Part shown: piece after piece, positions 58,501 through 64,000 of the stretch
Layout of the letters: each line of letters opens with the position of its first letter
How positions within the stretch are numbered: position 1 is the stretch's first letter
Assembly: GCA_043228905.1 (NCBI GenBank)
Contig: JBHGNT010000001.1
Span: 32,302,001 to 32,366,000 of the forward strand
DNA: 64,000 bases
Source: Azolla caroliniana
Taxonomy: Eukaryota > Plantae > Polypodiophyta
Direction: 5' to 3'
Program-made: the position numbers and the translations under genes
The notes under the pieces: model-generated
Seen by the model: the letters and a program-made list of their open reading frames with translations, nothing else
The model's database searches: none
Told to the model about the DNA's origin: nothing

Positions 58501-61303
58501 AAGAGGTAAACATAGTCTTGCAAGTGTGGATTCTATGCAAAAGAAATGGTTTCCTACGGGTAATAAGTTTTATATCGCTTTCTATTCCGAATATAGAGAC
58601 AGAACAAAATCATCTCGAAGGTGAGGGGGATGGTCAATCTTCTGCTAATTTTCTCGAATATGTTATTGATAGGGATTTGCAATTAATCCCGCTTGTATGT
58701 CATGATGATCCGCTGCATGAGGATAACAATAAGGTAGCGGAGCAAAGTCTCATGACCACTAACCTAGAGACTACATAGGAGTCTCATGGTTGGTGCCAAA
58801 GGCAATAGACTTGCAATAAGATGTTAGGGTGCATTTAGAATTTAAAGGTTGTATGACGAGATCAAGAGCTAAGAGCATGGCTGTCATTGGTGGTAGTACA
58901 TGTGTAAATCATGAGGAAGAACATACTCGATTGAGCATACATAAGTCTACTGTAAACAAATCCAATAATAAGATGGTTGCTAAAGGCTTGAGAATTTCGA
59001 CACAAGCATGTAAGCTGAAGAAACCTTCGGGGGAGAGTAAAAGTAAGGTCAAATAACAATTATTATTAACATATGGATAATTTTTCGGTGTTGTCGTGGA
59101 ATGTACAAGGAGTAGGAGGTGCTTTATGTAGAAGATTTAAGGCTAGAATACCTACTAGCGAAATTCATAATTTTCAAGTTGGAAATTGTGATTTGATTAT
59201 GATACAAGAACACCATTTAGATGCAAGTAAAATATTGTTTTATGGTAATATGCTTCGTGGTGATGGATTTCAGCATGTGGACAATCGGAAACTAAATGTG
59301 TTGTATGCATGATTCTTAGTGATAAATGGATGCAATTTGTTCTTCATTCCCAACAAGTGGTGGAATGAAGGGCTCATTAATTATCTACTCCTTAAAATTA
59401 ATGATGTTGTTTGGGGTTTTTTGAACATTTATGCCCCAAATGATAGGGGTGCTCATAAGGGTTTTTGGACATAAATTGTCCAACAATTGCCACATGTTGA
59501 TCATTGGTGCATGGCAGCGATTTTAATATGATTGAGGCCGTCGGGGATAGAGTGGGTGTTCTTACAAGCTGTGAATTGGCGTCGTGGGAGAGATTATGCT
59601 TCATGTTGAGGATACAAGGTGCTTGACACCTCCCCTTATTTCAGAGACTTAGCGACTCATTACAGTATTCTAGATCTGATAGGCGTCAATTAGGGGTTAA
59701 TCTATGTCGGCTAGATAGCATATATGTAGATGATTATTTTAATGATATTACAGGAGAAGTTGGGATTATTGGGGGTTCTCTATTTTTTGACCATGCTCCG
59801 GTGATTTTGAAGTTGGTTAGGATTAAAAAACATAGAAGGTTTTTCACTAAAATTCCTATATCCTTCTTTTCGAATGATATTTTTAGAAGTCAAGTGTTGG
59901 GTATTTGGAATTATGAGATGGGGGCACAACTATCTAATGTTGTTAAGGTGCAAAAGGCTTTGTATTTTATTGTTGAATTTTTCAAGGATAAAGTGTTGTT
60001 ACAATTACAAGAGGCCAAATAAAAGATGCTCACTTCTAGGCGGACGATTCTTGCTCTTCAAAAACTTCAGGAGAAGAACCCACGGGCTATGTGGGTTGGA
60101 GCTGAATTGCATCGAACACGTGCTAAGATGCAACAAATTGAGGATGTTATAACTCAACACAAATTTCGTGCATCCTCGATGAAATGGTCTCTTCTCGTAG
60201 ATAAGGTTAATGCTACTTTTTTTCGTGTAAATAAAATTGGCCGTACTAAGAATGTAATGAGGCAATTAGAGAGGGAGGATGGATCATTAACATCGGATGA
60301 TGTTGAAATGAGGAGAATTGCCTCAAACTTTTATAAATCTTTGCTGACTAGGTAGTCATTTATGCATGAGCAATTGGCCTTAAGATCTATATTATGGTGT
60401 GTTATGAAGAAGAAAGTTAATCTTTCTATGGCTAATAAATTAATTAAACCTTTTAATGTTCATGAGGTGTATGCTGCAATTAAAGCCTTAGGTAAGAATG
60501 TATGTCCTGGCATCGATAGTTTTCCTCCTGAATTTTTTCTTTGCTATTGGGAGCACATTAGAATCAGTGTAACGGAAGCATTACAAGAGGTTTTTACTTT
60601 GGATGATATGTCATATCAATGGAATGCAGGGTTAATTTTTTTTATTCCTAAATTGGAGGGGGTAGTAGTTGACATTAAGAAGTGGTGACCGATAACTTCT
60701 GAATACTATCGATAAGATTTATGCTAAAGTCCTTGCTTTATGTATGCAACCTTTATTAAATGATACTATTCATAAATCGCAAAGAGGTTTTATGCAAGAG
60801 CGTTCTATTTTTTATAATATTTTCATGTTCTGGGAGCTTACAGCTTTGGCGAAAGGGAAGGATGTCGACCTTGTGGTGCTATTGTTGGACTTTGAAAAGG
60901 CATACGACTAAGAGTTGATTGGTCTTGTTGATTGGTCTTTCCTCGAGGAAGTTATGTTACAACTAGGATTTACAATGGCTTGGGTAGTGGCGGTAAGAGC
61001 ATTGTATAAGAATGTGTCTAGCTCCGTATATGTGGTGGGAGAAGTTGATGCTCCCTTCTCTATTTCAAGGTCGGTTAGGCAAGGATGTCCATTGGCCCCT
61101 TTCCTATACTTATTAATAGCCGATGCTTTTCATGTTTATTTTAATAATCATGCCTTAAGAATTCAAAGGTTGCAATGGGGATTCGATAATAAGCAAGTGC
61201 TTGATAATGAATTTGCTAATGCTATAGCTTTATATGTGGATCGGGAGGAACGGAATTTGCGTAATTTTCAATGTGCGGTGCAAGATTTTTGTGAGCTATC
61301 AGG

Positions 61304-61650
61304 TGTTATCCGTATAGGTGTACGGGATGGATAAGGTGTAATGTGTATGATGTGTAAAGTCTAAGGTGTGTAATATGTAATATGTATACGAGTGTGTAAG
61401 GATGAGTATGTGTGAGCACATGCACAATTACGTGCATGTGACAAGAATGTAACGGTCGTCTTTTTGTAACGGTCATTATTTACTGTTACATTATGTATTA
61501 TATAAACCCCTTATGGGGCATGTAATGGATAACTTTTTCCTTCTCATTTTGGTGTCATTCTTATTTTCACTCTCCCCTTCTCTCTCTCTATCGTAACCCC
61601 TGTAGGAGGGGGGTAAAGCCATTCTAGGCTTCACCCCCCACCCAACAACA
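61304..61650 (+). mobile_element. Solo LTR (347 bp) inserted in LINE D
   Basis: tgtta...caaca ends; 5-bp TSD tcagg/tcatg (4/5 match); TATA at ~61499. Removing it restores the LINE motif ELSGAIINWNKS. Strand inferred from the TATA box. Confidence 0.8.
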
Positions 61651-63366
61651 TCATGTGCTATTATAAATTGGAATAAATCCATTGGAATAAGAATGATGAA
61701 TAATAGAGTTTCACATTGGTTGCCCCATCCAGATTTCCAATGGCTTCAACATGGGAGGTCAATACGATATCTTGGTTGTCAAATTGGTGTTGATATTACT
61801 CATGATCAACTTATTGCTCCCTTGTTGATGTCATTGATTTAGAGGAAATTGTTGTTTTGGTCTCCGAAACATTTATAATTGGCTGGAAGAATTGTAATTG
61901 CTAATCAAGTGTTTCTATCTTCGATGTGGTATATCCTCTCATCTTGGTTGTTTTCCATATCAATTCTCTCTCAGGTACAAAGGCTTGTCCGCAATATCTT
62001 ATGGGGAGCATCCGATGGAAATGCAAGATCTAAAGTTGCGTGGAAGGTAATAACATCTCCTCACGAGGGCGGATTAGGGTTGATAGACCCAATGTTTCAA
62101 TGTAGAGCATTACTTGGGAAATTTGTTGTGACAAGTATGCTACCAGGGAATGAGCCATGGAAGTCGCCACTTCATGAACGTACGAAGGAATTGGTTCCAT
62201 GTAGAGGTGGACATTGGAAGTGAAATGTGAGGTGGTGGTTTGTGGTCGAGGATATGCCTTTGACTTCTATTTTCACTTCGGATAAATTTTTTAACTCTTT
62301 GTTAAGAGCTTGGAAATGTTTGTTGCCTAATCTTGTGCATAAACATCCTATATGGAAGGATGAGTGGAAAAGGCAACCAATTTGCTGGAACCCCTTCATT
62401 AAGGATGATTATGGTAATATGTTGGGAAGAAGGACAATATTAAATTGGGCGACGGTTGATGAGGCATTTGCGGCTAATGTTGGTACTTCGTTAAACTTTA
62501 ATCAATCCTCTAGAGATGTTAAGGAACAAGTTTTAAAATCAATAAGAGGTGGTACTTTAATGTTCCAAGAGATAAGTAACGCTTGTAATAGGATTTTGTG
62601 TTCTTCTTTTAATTCAAACCATGTATGGTACGGGGCGTTCTCTTCTTTTAATGTCTTTATTGGAGCAAGAGATTATACATCTAATGAATCCTTATTAGCA
62701 TATATAATAGTTTCGGATGGAAAATTGCAATGGATCTCTATGGAGGATGACCTTCTCAATTTAGTGGAATGGAAGCCTATTAGGGTGGTTGCAAAACCAG
62801 GGAAGGTCAACCCTTATTGATCCCCATCCTGAAAAAGTAAATCCTTTCTAGGATATTTCAGTTTGTGATAGTAAGACCTTATTGGAGTTTGAGTGGGATA
62901 TGGCGAAATGGTGGTGGAGAGATGCTAATGGTAAGATGGTTTCTTTCTTTGATTACTCTGTAAAATTAGGTAGGGAAATCCAACGAAGGAGGAATCTAGT
63001 TATGTTGGTGCAACGAAGGTATCGTTAAATAATAATATTCCTATGCCTTCAGTATTGGCATTTTGGAAATGGTTGTGGGCTCTACAGATTACTCACAAAA
63101 TCATTACGTTTAGATGGTTATGTGTCCACTATGCACTTCCAATCTTGGAATGGATGCATAGGGAAGAGGGAACCAAAACTTACTCTTTTTGTGGGCGTCA
63201 CTTGAAATCAATGCAACATGCCTTATGGAATTGTATGGCCGCATGTTCTGTTTGGAAACGTATGTTGTGCCTCATTTATGTTGCATATGGACCTAATGTT
63301 ATTACATGGGGAAATGTCTTTTGGATGGACGTAAATGTGGATAAGCATAATTATGAAAGGGAAAAT

Positions 63367-63558
63367 ATATTATTTACCCTTCAAACTAGGGGAAGGCCAG
63401 TTAAGGACATACCATACTCAAGCTCAAATCAGTTGAATGTGGATGCCACAGTATGGGCTATGATAAGATATTATTTACCCTTCAAACTAGGGGAAGGCTA
63501 GTTAAGGACATACCATACTCAAGCTCAAATCGGTTGAATTTGGATGCCACAGTATGGG
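63367..63558. repeat. 101-bp tandem duplication within LINE D
   Basis: ttatttacccttcaaactaggggaaggc...ggatgccacagtatggg occurs at 63370 and 63471. Confidence 0.9.
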
Positions 63559-64000
63559 TTACGATATCATCAGTGGTTCTATGGAATATTTGGATAGATC
63601 GATGCAAAAATGTGTTTCAACAAATAAAGCAAAATCTTGTTCATTGTGTCTCGATTTTAAAAGGTTAATATGACTCCTTCATGGGTAATAAAGATGTGAT
63701 TTTTCTTAAACAACAATCCTTTAAATGAAAATAGAAGGATTGGTTAGTTTTTGTGGAGAGAAATGACAAAATGGATTGGCAATATGTACCCCCGCGATGG
63801 TTGTTTCCTCCATACGTGGAGATTGGTTTCAATTATGATATAATGGGGATATCTTGCCTGCCACTAGATTGTATCATTATGTGTCTTGTATATGCTTTTT
63901 GGATTGGTAACGGTAACTATGGTGTAGTTTATTTTATTTTATTTTATTTTTAAAAGGGAGTGTAGACAAAATGTGCCCTTTCTGTACGGAAGTAGAGACT

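Larger units (their letters stand above)
58251..63951 (+). mobile_element. L1-like LINE D (ORF1 C-terminus and degenerate ORF2), nested in LINE C
   Basis: ORF1 knuckle CFSCGAVGHLAKDC at ~58390. ORF2 starts at 59073 (SWNVQG..IQEHH endonuclease) and has RT VRQGCPLAPF. Perfect 16-bp TSD aaaagggagtgtagac at 58235-58250 and 63952-63967. Confidence 0.88.
54970..64000 (+). mobile_element. Degenerate L1-like LINE (LINE C) hosting nested insertions; runs off the window
   Basis: Endonuclease end (SRIDRIYV..FSDYAPV), WRPITLLNTIYKI, LDFEKAYDRVD, VRQGCPLAPY. Its zinc finger WRKGSVD|KMCPFCTEVET is rejoined across LINE D. Start is approximate. Confidence 0.82.

Overview
Eukaryotic, AT-rich, microsatellite-rich plant nuclear DNA. 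It is probably from a seed-free land plant (inference from the TE types); no bacterial, rRNA, tRNA or CRISPR features were seen. Two spliced genes lie on the minus strand: a 9-exon SAM + coiled-coil + PH-domain gene (17501-20393) and a 4-exon bHLH/ACT-like transcription factor (23596-~26217). They are surrounded by nested retroelements. There are two intact Ty1/copia elements (9263-14819 +, 47750-53071 -), one intact non-chromovirus Ty3/gypsy element (36971-44324 -), four degenerate L1-like LINEs, a solo LTR, and several short retroposed 3'-end fragments. The most notable signals are: (i) a textbook -1 ribosomal frameshift cassette (G_GAU_UUU, 5-nt spacer, predicted H-type pseudoknot) between gag-protease and RT in a tRNA-Trp-primed gypsy with a 4-bp TSD; (ii) the SAM-PH gene architecture; (iii) an apparent capsid swap between the two copia elements; (iv) strong CCGG enrichment in the young LTR elements; (v) a 3'-terminal motif shared by unrelated retroposed fragments. 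All coordinates were read by eye.
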